The notes: generated by a model not told the origin, from the sequence alone. A DNA stretch of 64,000 nt from Agrococcus sp. (GCA_031179215.1 JAPSIA010000001.1:15829-79828); one strand, 5' to 3'; counted from the first letter of the stretch, positions 1 to 11,108 are shown. Numbers and translations: made by a program.

Positions 1-30
1 CCTGAACCACCTCCTCGAAGGGATCCCACC

Positions 31-1281
31 ATGGCAGAACGCTCCGTGCTCGGCGTCGGCATCGTCGGCGCAGGCTTCATCGGCGAGTTCCACGTCCGCT
101 CCTGGACGGGCGTGCGCGACGGCGACGTCGTCGCGATCGCCTCCCGCACGCGCGAGAGCGCCGGCCGGCTCGCGGCGATCGCGGAGGCGTCGGGCGTCGG
201 CACCGACGTCGCGGTGCACGACGACGTGCGCGCCCTCGTGCGCGACGAGCGCGTCGACGCGGTGTGGGTGCTCACGCCGAACGACTCGAGGCTCGAGACG
301 GTGCGCGCGATCGTCGAGGAGGTGCGCGACGGCGCGAGCCTGACGGGCATCGCGATCGAGAAGCCGCTCGGCCGCACGGTCGCCGAGGCGCGCGAGATCC
401 TCGAGCTCGTCGAGTCGGTCGGCCTGCTGCACGCGTACCTCGAGAACCAGGTCTACTCGCCGTCGATCACGCGCGCGCACGAGCTCGTCTGGCGCCGCGG
501 CGCGCCGGGCGCCGGCTCGCCGTACCTCGCGCGCTGCGCCGAGGAGCACTCGGGCCCGCACAAGGCGTGGTTCTGGGACGGCGCGAAGCAGGGCGGCGGC
601 GTGCTGAGCGACATGATGTGCCACTCCGTCGAGGCCGGCAGGTACCTGCTCACCCCGCCCGGCGTCGACCCCTCCGACTGGCTGCGGCCCGTCTCGGTGA
701 CCGCGAGCATCCAGAGCCTCAAGTGGGGCAGGCCCGCCTACGCCGAGAAGCTCATGGAGCTCTACCCCGGCGCCCCCGACTACCGCGAGCGGCCGAGCGA
801 GGACTACGCGCGCGCCGCGTGGGAGTTCGTCAACGGCGACGGGGAGATCGTGATCGCCGAGGGCACGACGTCGTGGAGCTACGTCGGCGCGGGCCTGCGG
901 CTCTCGTTCGAGCTGCTGGGCCCCGAGTACTCGATGCAGTCCGACACGCTCTCGACCGAGTCGAAGGTCTTCCTCTCGCGCGAGCTCGGCCAGGACCAGG
1001 GCGAGGACATGCTCGAGAAGCAGAACGCCGAGCAGGGGCTCATGCCGATCGTCTCCGACGAGGCGGTCTCCTACGGCTACACCGGCGAGAACCGCCACGT
1101 CGCCGCGTGCTTCCTGCGCGGCGAGCAGCCGCTCGAGTCGCTGCGCAACGGGCTCGCGGTCGCCGAGCTGCTCATGGCCGCCTACCAGTCGGCGCAGACG
1201 GGCCAGACGGTGCGCTGGCCCGTCGACGTCGAGGGCTTCGTGCCCGACGTCGCCCAGGGCACCTGGAACCCGCGCGCCTGA
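31..1281 (+). CDS. Gfo/Idh/MocA family NAD(P)-dependent oxidoreductase
   Basis: N-terminal GIVGAGFIG Rossmann motif, IEKP motif, GGGVLSDMMCH segment; GAAGGGA RBS-like upstream. Confidence 0.85.
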   Translation: MAERSVLGVGIVGAGFIGEFHVRSWTGVRDGDVVAIASRTRESAGRLAAIAEASGVGTDVAVHDDVRALVRDERVDAVWVLTPNDSRLETVRAIVEEVRDGASLTGIAIEKPLGRTVAEAREILELVESVGLLHAYLENQVYSPSITRAHELVWRRGAPGAGSPYLARCAEEHSGPHKAWFWDGAKQGGGVLSDMMCHSVEAGRYLLTPPGVDPSDWLRPVSVTASIQSLKWGRPAYAEKLMELYPGAPDYRERPSEDYARAAWEFVNGDGEIVIAEGTTSWSYVGAGLRLSFELLGPEYSMQSDTLSTESKVFLSRELGQDQGEDMLEKQNAEQGLMPIVSDEAVSYGYTGENRHVAACFLRGEQPLESLRNGLAVAELLMAAYQSAQTGQTVRWPVDVEGFVPDVAQGTWNPRA

Positions 1282-1312
1282 GCCCGGCCACCACGGGTTC
1301 GGCTTCCGCGCC

Positions 1313-1498
1313 ACCTGCACGATGTGGCGGCCACGGGTGCTGGGAAGCGGCCGTTTGGTGCAGGTGAGCGCGGTCGGTCGCCGCGCGGCTCTGCGACCTG
1401 CACCATGTGGCTGCCACGGGTGCCGGGGAGCGGCCGTTCGGTGCAGGTGAGCCCGGGCGGTCGCCGCGCCGCTCCGCGACCTGCACGATGTGGCGGCC
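1313..1498. repeat. Tandem array of 53-bp palindromic (REP/MITE-like) elements, 83-bp period, about 2.3 copies
   Basis: Units 1313-1365 and 1396-1448 bounded by ACCTGCAC...GTGCAGGT; partial third unit from 1479; same family as 14920-15233 in the opposite orientation. Confidence 0.85.
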
Positions 1499-1506
1499 TC
1501 GGCACG

Positions 1507-1543
1507 ACGGAGCCCCGCGCGAACCGGTCGCGCGGGGCTCCGT
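1507..1543. terminator. Perfect 16-bp hairpin between convergent genes, probable bidirectional terminator
   Basis: ACGGAGCCCCGCGCGA-accgg-TCGCGCGGGGCTCCGT. Confidence 0.7.
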
Positions 1544-1576
1544 GACGGATGCGCCGGTCGGCGCACCTCGAGGGGA

Positions 1577-2197
1577 TCAGTCGGCGGCGCGATCCAGCGC
1601 GCGCACGCCACGCCAGGCGAGCGGCAGCGCCGCGGCGGCGATCGCCCACTTCACGATGCCGCCGACGATGAAGGGCACGAAGCCGAGCATGAGCGCACCG
1701 CCGAGGTCGAGCTGGATGCCCATGGCCGCCATCACCGCCGCCATGTAGGGGATGCCGAAGGCGAAGGGGATGAGGCTCGCGAGACCGAAGAGCGCGATCG
1801 CGAGCACGGGGCGGCGGTCCCAGCGGCGCTCGGCGAGCCAGCCTACGACCGCGGCCGTCGCGACGAAGCCGATGATGTAGCCGAAGCTCGTGTCGCCGAG
1901 CATGGCCGGTCCACCCGAGAGCCCGGCGAAGATCGGCGCGCCGGCGAGGCCGAGCCCCAGGTAGCTCGAGAGCGCCGCGACGCCGCGCCGGAAGCCGAGC
2001 GTCGCGCCGACGAGCATGACGCCGAGCGTCTGACCCGTGATCGGCACGGGCCACATGGGAATCGTCACCTGCGCGAGGGCGGCGACGACGCTCACACCGG
2101 CGACGACGAGGAGCGCGTCCTTCACGAGCGTGCGCCGGCCGACGAGCGCGTCGGCGAGCACGGTGCGGCGGGGGAGGGGCACAGCGGCTGCAGTCAT
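1577..2197 (-). CDS. bioY: Biotin transporter BioY (ECF S component)
   Basis: PVPITGQT, YLGLGLAGAPIFAG and FGYIIGF motifs; multiple TM segments; TAGGCT -10 six nt before ATG. Confidence 0.9.
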   Translation of the reverse strand: MTAAAVPLPRRTVLADALVGRRTLVKDALLVVAGVSVVAALAQVTIPMWPVPITGQTLGVMLVGATLGFRRGVAALSSYLGLGLAGAPIFAGLSGGPAMLGDTSFGYIIGFVATAAVVGWLAERRWDRRPVLAIALFGLASLIPFAFGIPYMAAVMAAMGIQLDLGGALMLGFVPFIVGGIVKWAIAAAALPLAWRGVRALDRAAD

Positions 2198-2269
2198 GCC
2201 GCCAGCCTAGAGCGCGGCGCCGAGCCGGCACGGCATCCGCCGGGAACCGGCACGGCATAGCCTGGCGGC

Positions 2270-3031
2270 ATGAGCGATCTCTCCGCCAAGGCCACCGCCC
2301 TCCTGCGCATGCACGACGACCTCGTCGTCCTCCCGACCGCGTGGGACGCGTGGTCCGCGCGCGCCGTCGTCGACGCGGGCTTCGCCGCGATCTCGGTGGG
2401 CAGCCACCCGCTCGCCGAGTCCCGCGGCCAGCGCGACAACGAGGGGATGGCGCTCGCCGACGCGCTCGAGGGCACCGCGCGCATCACCGCAGCGGTCGAC
2501 GTGCCCGTGAGCGTCGACCTCGAGTCCGGCTACGGCACGCCCGCGGCGGAGCTCATCGAGCGCCTGCTCGAGGCGGGCGCGGTCGGGCTCAACGTCGAGG
2601 ACACGGTGCACAGCGAGGGCCGCATCCGCGAGCCGCAGGAGCACGCCGACTACATCGCCGGCATGCGCGAGGCCGCCGACGCCGCGGGCGTCGACGTCGT
2701 CATCAACGCGCGCACCGACGCCTTCGCGCGGCCGCACCTGCTCGGCGAGGGCGCCGATCCGCTCGAGCAGGCGATCCTGCGCTCCGAGCTCGCCGAGCGG
2801 GCGGGCGCGCGCTCGCTCTATCCCGTGGCGCCGCCGAGCCCCGACGCGCTCGCCGCCATCCTCGAGCGGGTGACCCTGCCGGTCAACGTCACCGCGCATC
2901 CGCAGCAGGGATCGGTGGTCGGCGACCTCGACGCGATCCGCGCGAGCGGCGCGCGCCGCGTGACGTTCGGGCCGCTGCTCCAGGCAGCGCTCACCGAGAC
3001 GATCGGCGAGCTCGTCCGCCCCTGGCGGTGA
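2270..3031 (+). CDS. Isocitrate lyase/PEP mutase family protein
   Basis: LPTAWDAWSA, VDLESGYG, GLNVED and INARTD motifs. Confidence 0.85.
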   Translation: MSDLSAKATALLRMHDDLVVLPTAWDAWSARAVVDAGFAAISVGSHPLAESRGQRDNEGMALADALEGTARITAAVDVPVSVDLESGYGTPAAELIERLLEAGAVGLNVEDTVHSEGRIREPQEHADYIAGMREAADAAGVDVVINARTDAFARPHLLGEGADPLEQAILRSELAERAGARSLYPVAPPSPDALAAILERVTLPVNVTAHPQQGSVVGDLDAIRASGARRVTFGPLLQAALTETIGELVRPWR

Positions 3032-3117
3032 AGCGGGGCGCGGCCCGCTGGTAGGCTGGACGGCTGGCCCGCTCGCGCCGGCCACTCCCACCCACCTGTC
3101 GAGGAAGGCTCGCGCAC

Positions 3118-4728
<1,611 letters not shown>

Positions 4729-4757
4729 CCCCCAGCAGGGCTCGAGGGAGGGACACG

Positions 4758-5417
4758 ATGGAAGCGCTCACCGGCTGGGTGCACACCGCCTGGGCCGCGT
4801 TCACCGCGATCGGCGTCATCGCCTTCGCGATCTCCGGCGCGCTGCTCGCCATCCAGCGGCGCATGGACGTCGTGGGGATGGCGGGGCTCGCCGTCGCGAC
4901 GGCGACCGGCGGCGGCATGGCGCGCGACGTCCTCATCGGGGCGACACCGGTCGCAGCGCTCACCGAGTGGTGGATGCTCGCCGCCGCGCTCGGCGGCGCG
5001 CTGCTCGTCTTCCTGCTGCACCGCTGGATGGAGCGGCTCGACAAGCCCGTGCTCGTGTTCGACGCGATCGGGCTCGGCGTGTTCGTCGTCGACGGCACGA
5101 GCAAGGCGATGCAGCACGACGTCGGCCCCGTCGGGGCGGCGTTCGTCGGCATGCTCACCGGCATCGGCGGCGGCATCCTCCGCGACGTGCTCGCGAACGA
5201 CGTGCCGGCCGTGTTCCGGCGCGAGTCGCGCCTCTACCTGCTGCCCGCGCTGTTCGGCTCGAGCGCGGCGGCCCTCGCCATCTGGCTCGGCGTCGGCCAC
5301 TGGTGGCTCATGGCGATCATCGCCGCGCTCGTGTGCGCGCTGCGCATCACGAGCGAGCTGCTGCGCTGGCGCGCGCCGGCCCTCTCGACCGAGGCCATCG
5401 GCACCATCCGCAGCTGA
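4758..5417 (+). CDS. Trimeric intracellular cation channel / UPF0126 membrane protein
   Basis: Duplicated GGG-x-x-RDVL motifs, FAISGAL and FDAIGLGVF; about 7 TM. Confidence 0.85.
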   Translation: MEALTGWVHTAWAAFTAIGVIAFAISGALLAIQRRMDVVGMAGLAVATATGGGMARDVLIGATPVAALTEWWMLAAALGGALLVFLLHRWMERLDKPVLVFDAIGLGVFVVDGTSKAMQHDVGPVGAAFVGMLTGIGGGILRDVLANDVPAVFRRESRLYLLPALFGSSAAALAIWLGVGHWWLMAIIAALVCALRITSELLRWRAPALSTEAIGTIRS

Positions 5418-5461
5418 TCCCGCTCCCCGCGGGTGCGGTGCGTCCGATGCCGGTGCCGCTA

Positions 5462-5494
5462 TTGACAGTGTTGCTATCGACAGTGACACTATCG
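5462..5494 (+). promoter_or_regulatory. MerR-type promoter (TTGACA-N19-CACTAT) overlapped by two tandem imperfect palindromes
   Basis: TTGACA 5462-5467, CACTAT 5487-5492; GACAGTG-N3-CTATCG at 5464-5479 and 5479-5494. Confidence 0.65.
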
Positions 5495-5496
5495 GT

Positions 5497-6174
5497 ATGC
5501 GGATCAGCGAGCTCAGCGAACGGACGGGCGTCAGCGCGGCCTCGATCAAGTACTACGTGCGCGAGGGCCTGCTGCCCGCGCCCGAGCGGCTCGGCTACAA
5601 CCAGTCGGCGTACGGCGATGCGCACGTCGCGCGGCTGCGGCTGATCCGCAGCCTGCTCGACGTCGGGGGGCTCAGCGTGAGCGCGACGCGTCGCGTGCTC
5701 GCCGCCGTCGACGATGACGAGACGCCGATCGTGCAGCTCATGGCGACGGCGCAGCAGGCGATCCCGGTGCCCGAGGAGATCCCCTCGCGCGCTGCGATCG
5801 AGGCGATCCGCGAGGTCGGCGACCGCCTCGGGTGGCACGTGCACGCCGACAACCCCGGCATCCGCATCGCCTCCCGCGTGCTCGAGCACTTCGACGCCCT
5901 CGGCCTCCCGGAGCTCGCGGCGCTGCTCGAGCCGTTCGCGCGGGCGGCCGACGCCGCCGCTCGCGCCGAGGTGGACGTCGCCCTCGGCGCTGCGGATCGC
6001 GACCGCATGGCCGCGATCGTCGCGGTCGGCACCGTCCTCGACGACTCGCTCATGGCGGGCCTGCGGCGCATCGCCCAGGAGTCCGCCGCGCGCGAGGTCG
6101 AGCGCGGCAGCCGTGACCGCGACCCCGCCACCCGCGCATCCCGCACCGACCCGACCCACGAGGAGCTCCGATGA
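5497..6174 (+). CDS. MerR family transcriptional regulator
   Basis: MRISELSERTGVSAASIKYYVREGLL N-terminal MerR HTH. Confidence 0.9.
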   Translation: MRISELSERTGVSAASIKYYVREGLLPAPERLGYNQSAYGDAHVARLRLIRSLLDVGGLSVSATRRVLAAVDDDETPIVQLMATAQQAIPVPEEIPSRAAIEAIREVGDRLGWHVHADNPGIRIASRVLEHFDALGLPELAALLEPFARAADAAARAEVDVALGAADRDRMAAIVAVGTVLDDSLMAGLRRIAQESAAREVERGSRDRDPATRASRTDPTHEELR

Positions 6175-7142
6175 CCGACACCCCTCGCCCCGCACCGCTG
6201 CCGCACCCCGCCCGGCTGCATCGCCCGCTGCTGGCCCTCGCGGCGCTCATGGCTGCGTCGGCCGTCGTGTGCGTCGTGCTCGCCGTCGTCGCGCCCATCG
6301 AGATCCTGGGCGCGAACGGCTGGGTCAAGCCGCTCAAGTTCTCGATCTCGATCGCGATCTTCGCCGTGACGATCGCCCTCATCCTCGACATGCTCGACCG
6401 CGGTGCGGGCGGCGCGCGCCGCTGGACGTGGTGGGCGGGCACCGCCGTCGCGGCCCTCCTGCTGGTCGAGCAGGCCATCATCGTCGCCGCGGTCGCGCGC
6501 GGCACCACGAGCCACTTCAACGTCGCCGACCCGCTCGTGAGCGCGCTGTGGAGCATCATGGGCGTCTCGATCGCGGCGGTGTGGGTGCTCACGCTGCTGC
6601 TCGGCATCGTGGCGTGGGTCGCGCGCGGGGGAGACCGGGCACGACGCGATGCCCTGCGGCTCGGCATCGTCATCGGCCTGGCGGGGATGGCGGTCGCGTT
6701 CCTCATGACCATGCCGAGCGCATCCCAGCTGCGCGACTTCCAGGGCGTCGCCGGCGCGCACGCCGTCGGCGTCGCCGATGGCGGGCCCGGGCTGCCGCTG
6801 CTGGGGTGGTCGACGGTCGGCGGCGACCTCCGCGTGCCGCACTTCATCGGCATGCACGCGCTGCAGGGGCTGCCGCTGCTCGCGCTCGCGCTCGAGCGAC
6901 TCGCGGCGCGCGTGCCCGCCCTGCGCCTCGGATCCGCGCGCGCGGCGCTCGTGTGGATCGCGGGCGGGATGTGGGCCGGCGCGACGGCGCTCACGACGTG
7001 GCAGGCGATGCGCGGCGAGTCGATCGTCGCGCCGAGCCTCGCGACGGTCCTCGTCGCAGCGACGCTCACGGCCGCCGCGATCGTCGCGGCCACCGCCGTG
7101 CTCCTGGGCGCGCGTCGAGCGGCGCCCGTCGCGGCCGGCTAG
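6171..7142 (+). CDS. Conserved multi-pass membrane protein of unknown function
   Basis: ATGA overlap with merR; about 7-8 TM; WVKPLKF, SHFN and GGDLRVPHFIGMHALQ motifs. Confidence 0.7.
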   Translation: MTDTPRPAPLPHPARLHRPLLALAALMAASAVVCVVLAVVAPIEILGANGWVKPLKFSISIAIFAVTIALILDMLDRGAGGARRWTWWAGTAVAALLLVEQAIIVAAVARGTTSHFNVADPLVSALWSIMGVSIAAVWVLTLLLGIVAWVARGGDRARRDALRLGIVIGLAGMAVAFLMTMPSASQLRDFQGVAGAHAVGVADGGPGLPLLGWSTVGGDLRVPHFIGMHALQGLPLLALALERLAARVPALRLGSARAALVWIAGGMWAGATALTTWQAMRGESIVAPSLATVLVAATLTAAAIVAATAVLLGARRAAPVAAG

Positions 7143-7143
7143 C

Positions 7144-7941
7144 TCACCGGCGGTCGAGGATCTCGTCCTCGACGTCCGCGTCGGTGGGGCGCGAGCGCTT
7201 CGCGCGCTCGACCGGCGCGTCGCCGCGCAGCTCGTCGCGCATGCCCCACCCGACCGCGGCGAAGCCGCCGAGCGCGAAGACGAACCACTGCAGCGTGTAC
7301 GACAGGTGCGGTCCCTCGTCGAGCACGGGGCGCGCCGCGACGGCGACGTCGGCCGGCTCGGCGCCGCCCTCGCTCGCGAGCAGCCCGTAGGCGCCGGTGT
7401 ACGTCGGCTCGCCGAGCGCGGCGGCGATGCTCGGCAGGTCGACCGAGGCGATCTGGCCCTCGGGCGCGCCGCGCCCGGCGATCGTGCCCTCATCGGGCCG
7501 CAGCCGCGCCACGATCGTCGTGCGGCCCTCGGGCGTCGCGGGCTCGGTCACGGGCCGCTCCGCGCCGTCGGCCTGGTCGATCCATCCTCGATCCACGACG
7601 AACACGGTGCCGTCGGTCGTGCGGAACGGCGTGACGACGTCGAAGCCGACCTCGCCCGCTCGCCAGCGGCCGCGCAGCAGCAGCTGCTCGTCCACCAGGT
7701 ACTCGCCCTCGAGCAGCACGGGCGTCCACTGCTGGTCGGGGTCGAACGCGTCCGGGCTCGGCAGCACGTCGGCGACGGGTGCCGGCTCGCGGTCGTAGTT
7801 CGACTCGAGGCGATCGATCGCGGCGAGCGCCTCCTCCCGGCGGTGCCACTGCCACGCGCCGAGCAGGCAGCAGACCACGGCGAACACGACGGCGAGGGCG
7901 AGGTAGCCGAGCCAGCGGGGCTCGCGGAGCAGCCGCAGCAT
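7144..7941 (-). CDS. SURF1 family cytochrome oxidase biogenesis protein
   Basis: LGAWQWHR, VDRGWI and GPHLSYTLQWFVF motifs; start trimmed to ATG at 7941. Confidence 0.88.
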   Translation of the reverse strand: MLRLLREPRWLGYLALAVVFAVVCCLLGAWQWHRREEALAAIDRLESNYDREPAPVADVLPSPDAFDPDQQWTPVLLEGEYLVDEQLLLRGRWRAGEVGFDVVTPFRTTDGTVFVVDRGWIDQADGAERPVTEPATPEGRTTIVARLRPDEGTIAGRGAPEGQIASVDLPSIAAALGEPTYTGAYGLLASEGGAEPADVAVAARPVLDEGPHLSYTLQWFVFALGGFAAVGWGMRDELRGDAPVERAKRSRPTDADVEDEILDRR

Positions 7942-8180
7942 CAGGCGACCCGCTCGACCGTCTCGCCGAACGGCGTCACGGCCACGGGGAAGCCGCGATC
8001 GGCGAGCCACGCCGCGAGGCTCTCGCGGTGCTCGGCGCACGCCGCCCACGTCTTCACGCGATCCGCGGCGTGGATGCGGGGGTTCCGCCAGTGCAGGGCG
8101 TGCTCCGCCTCTGCCGGGCACCCGGCGGCCGAGCACGGCGCCGCGCCGCCGGCGCCCTCGAGCATCGACAGCAGGCTCAT
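7941..8180 (-). CDS. Small conserved actinobacterial Cys/His (putative Zn-binding) protein
   Basis: CSAAGC...WRNPRIH...WAACAEH...RGF; coupled to both neighbours. Confidence 0.7.
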   Translation of the reverse strand: MSLLSMLEGAGGAAPCSAAGCPAEAEHALHWRNPRIHAADRVKTWAACAEHRESLAAWLADRGFPVAVTPFGETVERVA

Positions 8181-8494
8181 GCGGCGTCCCGCTCCGGCGG
8201 CGCCTCTCGGCGCGCGGCGCTCGGCCCCGGCGGCAGCGCGTTCGGCGCCTCGAGCCCTGCGGTCGCGGGCCTCGTGGAGACGTTCGCGATCACGACGGCG
8301 AAGTACGGGATGAACACGGCGAAGAAGGCGGGGATGAGCTTCCACCAGTCGGGCACGACGAAGAAGATCCCGAGGCACGCGACGCGCACGAGCATCATGT
8401 AGAAGTACGTCCGGAATCGCCGCTGACGGTCCTCGTCAGGCGACATCGGGAGGTCGGTGAGCGACCCGGCGCTCTCGCGCTTGTGCTCTCGCAT
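8177..8494 (-). CDS. DUF3099 family membrane protein
   Basis: R..Y..MMLVRVACL...IPYFAVVIAN; usual position divergent from fabG. Confidence 0.75.
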   Translation of the reverse strand: MREHKRESAGSLTDLPMSPDEDRQRRFRTYFYMMLVRVACLGIFFVVPDWWKLIPAFFAVFIPYFAVVIANVSTRPATAGLEAPNALPPGPSAARREAPPERDAA

Positions 8495-8572
8495 GGCTCT
8501 CAGCAGTCTACGCCCGGGCGGTCGCGCGCGGTCGTGCGATCGCGGTGAGCGTAGCGACGTAGGCTTTCTGGC

Positions 8573-9280
8573 ATGACCTCTCGCACCGTGCTCGTCACCG
8601 GCGGCAACCGCGGCATCGGCCGCGCCATCGCCCAGGCCTTCCTCGACGCGGGCCACCGCGTCGCGATCACCTCGCGCGACGGCTCCGGCCCCGACGGCGC
8701 GCTCGCCGTCGCCGCCGACGTGACCGACAGCGCCTCGGTCGACGCGGCCTTCTCGCGGATCGAGGCGGAGCTCGGCCCGGTCGAGGTCGTCGTCGCGAAC
8801 GCCGGCATCACGCGCGACACCCTGCTCATGCGCATGAGCGAGCAGGACTTCGTCGACGTCGTCGACACGAACCTCACGGGCGCGTGGCGGGTCGCGCAGC
8901 GCGCGTCGAAGGGCATGCTGCGCGCCAAGTGGGGCCGCGTCGTGCTCATCTCGAGCGTCGTCGGCCTCTACGGCGGCCCGGGTCAGGTCAACTACGCCGC
9001 CTCGAAGGCGGGGCTCGTGGGCGTCGCGCGATCGATCACGCGCGAGCTCGGCTCCCGCGGCATCACCGCGAACGTCGTCGCACCGGGCTTCATCGAGACC
9101 GACATGACGGCGGAGCTCGACGCGTCGACGCAAGCCGAGTACAAGAAGGCGATCCCTGCGGGGCGGTACGCGACCCCCGAGGAGGTCGCCGGCGTCGTGC
9201 GCTGGATCGCGAGCGACGAGGCCGCCTACATCTCCGGCGCCGTCATCCCCGTCGACGGCGGGCTCGGGATGGGCCACTGA
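8573..9280 (+). CDS. fabG: 3-oxoacyl-ACP reductase
   Basis: TGGNRGIG, NAGITRD, YAASK, PGFIETDMT, C-terminal VDGGLGMGH typical of actinobacterial FabG1. Confidence 0.93.
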   Translation: MTSRTVLVTGGNRGIGRAIAQAFLDAGHRVAITSRDGSGPDGALAVAADVTDSASVDAAFSRIEAELGPVEVVVANAGITRDTLLMRMSEQDFVDVVDTNLTGAWRVAQRASKGMLRAKWGRVVLISSVVGLYGGPGQVNYAASKAGLVGVARSITRELGSRGITANVVAPGFIETDMTAELDASTQAEYKKAIPAGRYATPEEVAGVVRWIASDEAAYISGAVIPVDGGLGMGH

Positions 9281-9285
9281 CGCAC

Positions 9286-9693
9286 ATGGAGAGCCGGCAC
9301 CTCAGCGTCGTCATCCGCCGCGACTGGCGCGAGGTCGCCGCCTTCGCGGGCGACCCGGAGCATCTGCCCGAGTGGGCGGCCGGGCTCGCCGCTGGCGAGC
9401 TGCGCCGCGAGGGCGACGACCTCGTCATGGCCTCCCCGATGGGCCAGGTGCGCGTGCGGTTCGCGCCGCCCAACGCCTTCGGCGTGCTCGACCACGACGT
9501 GCAGCTGCCCGACGGCACGACGGTGCGCAATCCCCTGCGCGTGCTCGAGCATCCGCTCGGCGCCGAGGTCGTCTTCTCGCTCCGCGCGCCGCGCGGCGCG
9601 GAGGACGACCCCGCGCTCGAGGCGGCGTTCGAGGCCGATGCGCGCGCGGTCGCCGCGGACCTCGAGCGGCTGCGGGCGCTCATGGAGGACTGA
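9286..9693 (+). CDS. SRPBCC/polyketide cyclase family protein
   Basis: DPEHLPEWAAGL, GVLDHDV and NPLRV motifs; ATG six nt after the fabG stop. Confidence 0.75.
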   Translation: MESRHLSVVIRRDWREVAAFAGDPEHLPEWAAGLAAGELRREGDDLVMASPMGQVRVRFAPPNAFGVLDHDVQLPDGTTVRNPLRVLEHPLGAEVVFSLRAPRGAEDDPALEAAFEADARAVAADLERLRALMED

Positions 9694-9696
9694 GCC

Positions 9697-10455
9697 TCAC
9701 GCGCGTCGCTGGTAGACGCCCGTGCGCAGCTCGGTGATCCAGTGCTCCGCGAACGGCATCGGCACCGATCGGGCGAGGGCGAGCTCCGCCTCGACGTCGT
9801 AGGGCACGCGCAGCAGCAGCGGCTCGACGCCGGACGGCGTCGGCTCGAGCATGAGGTAGGCCGCGGTCGGATCGCCCGCGAGGTCGTTGCCCGCGCTGCC
9901 GGTGTTGACGAGCCGCTTGCCGCCGCGGGCGTCGAGGAGCTGCCGGTGCAGGTCGCCGTACACGACGAGGTCCGCTTCGCCCACCGCGCCCGTGGCGGCC
10001 GTCGGCAGGAACATCGCGGTGTGCGCCGCATCGTCCATCCCCGCGTGCACGCGGTGGTGCACCGAGACGGGGGAGGCGTGGAAGAGCCGGGTGCGCTCGG
10101 CGCCGTGGCCCGCGCCGAGCCCTGCCGCGAGCACCGCGTCGTGGTGGAAGGGCAGCGCGGCGAGCCACCGCAGCGCCTCGTCGCCGAGCTCGTCGCGGTA
10201 CCACGCCGGCGCCCGCCAGGGCGCCGCCTCCGGCAGCGCGATGACCTCGTCCCAATTGCCGCGGACGACGACGTCGCACGCCTCGCGCGCGAGCTCGACG
10301 ACCGCGCGTCCCCGCGGCCCCTTGCCGACGAGGTCGCCCCCGCACCACACCGCGGTCGCCCCGCGCCGCTCGGCGTCGTCGAGCACCGCGCGGAACGCGG
10401 TGAGGTTGCCGTGCATGTCGGAGACCACGGCGACGCGGCCCGCGCCGCGGCTCAT
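9697..10455 (-). CDS. Metallophosphoesterase (calcineurin-like)
   Basis: SDMHGN, GDLVG, RGNWD, FHASP and NTGS motifs. Confidence 0.85.
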   Translation of the reverse strand: MSRGAGRVAVVSDMHGNLTAFRAVLDDAERRGATAVWCGGDLVGKGPRGRAVVELAREACDVVVRGNWDEVIALPEAAPWRAPAWYRDELGDEALRWLAALPFHHDAVLAAGLGAGHGAERTRLFHASPVSVHHRVHAGMDDAAHTAMFLPTAATGAVGEADLVVYGDLHRQLLDARGGKRLVNTGSAGNDLAGDPTAAYLMLEPTPSGVEPLLLRVPYDVEAELALARSVPMPFAEHWITELRTGVYQRRA

Positions 10456-11108
10456 CGCGCGGCGGGCTCCGGCAGCAGCGGCAGCAGCTCGCGGAAGTCC
10501 GCGACATCGACGACGTGGCTCGCGCGCGCCCGCACTGCGGGTTTCGCGCAGAAGGCGACCGAGATCCCGGCGGCGCCCATCATGAGCAGGTCGTTCGCGC
10601 CGTCGCCGACCGCGATCACGCGCTCGCGCGGCACACCGAGGTTCACGCGGAGCGCCTCGAGCGTGTCGCGCTTGGCCGCGCCGTCGATGACGGGACCGCT
10701 CGAGCGGCCCGTCAGCCGGCCATCCGCGACCTCGAGCCGGTTCGCGCGCGCGTGGTCGATGCCGAGCGCCTCCGCGAGCGGGTCGAGCACCTCGTGGAAG
10801 CCGCCGGAGACCGCGGCGATGACCCCACCGCGGGCGTGCACCTCGGCGATGAGCTCCGGCACGCCATCGGTCACCGTCACCTGCTCGCGCACGGCGTCGA
10901 GCACCGACGCCGGCAGGCCCTCGAGCATGCGCAGCCGCTCGGCGAGCGAGGCGGCGAAGTCGAGCTCACCCGCCATGGCGCGCTCGGTGACGGCGGCGAC
11001 GTGCCGCTCGGCCTCGGGGCCGACCGCGCGCGCGATGAGCTCGATGACCTCGTCGCGGATGAGCGTCGAGTCGACGTCGGTGACGACGAGGAGGCTCGCC
11101 CCGCTCAC
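10452..11108 (-). CDS. serB: Phosphoserine phosphatase (HAD, short form without ACT domain)
   Basis: DVDSTL, AMAGELDF, VSGGF and GDGANDL; GTG start overlapping the glgC stop. Confidence 0.9.
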   Translation of the reverse strand: MSGASLLVVTDVDSTLIRDEVIELIARAVGPEAERHVAAVTERAMAGELDFAASLAERLRMLEGLPASVLDAVREQVTVTDGVPELIAEVHARGGVIAAVSGGFHEVLDPLAEALGIDHARANRLEVADGRLTGRSSGPVIDGAAKRDTLEALRVNLGVPRERVIAVGDGANDLLMMGAAGISVAFCAKPAVRARASHVVDVADFRELLPLLPEPAAR

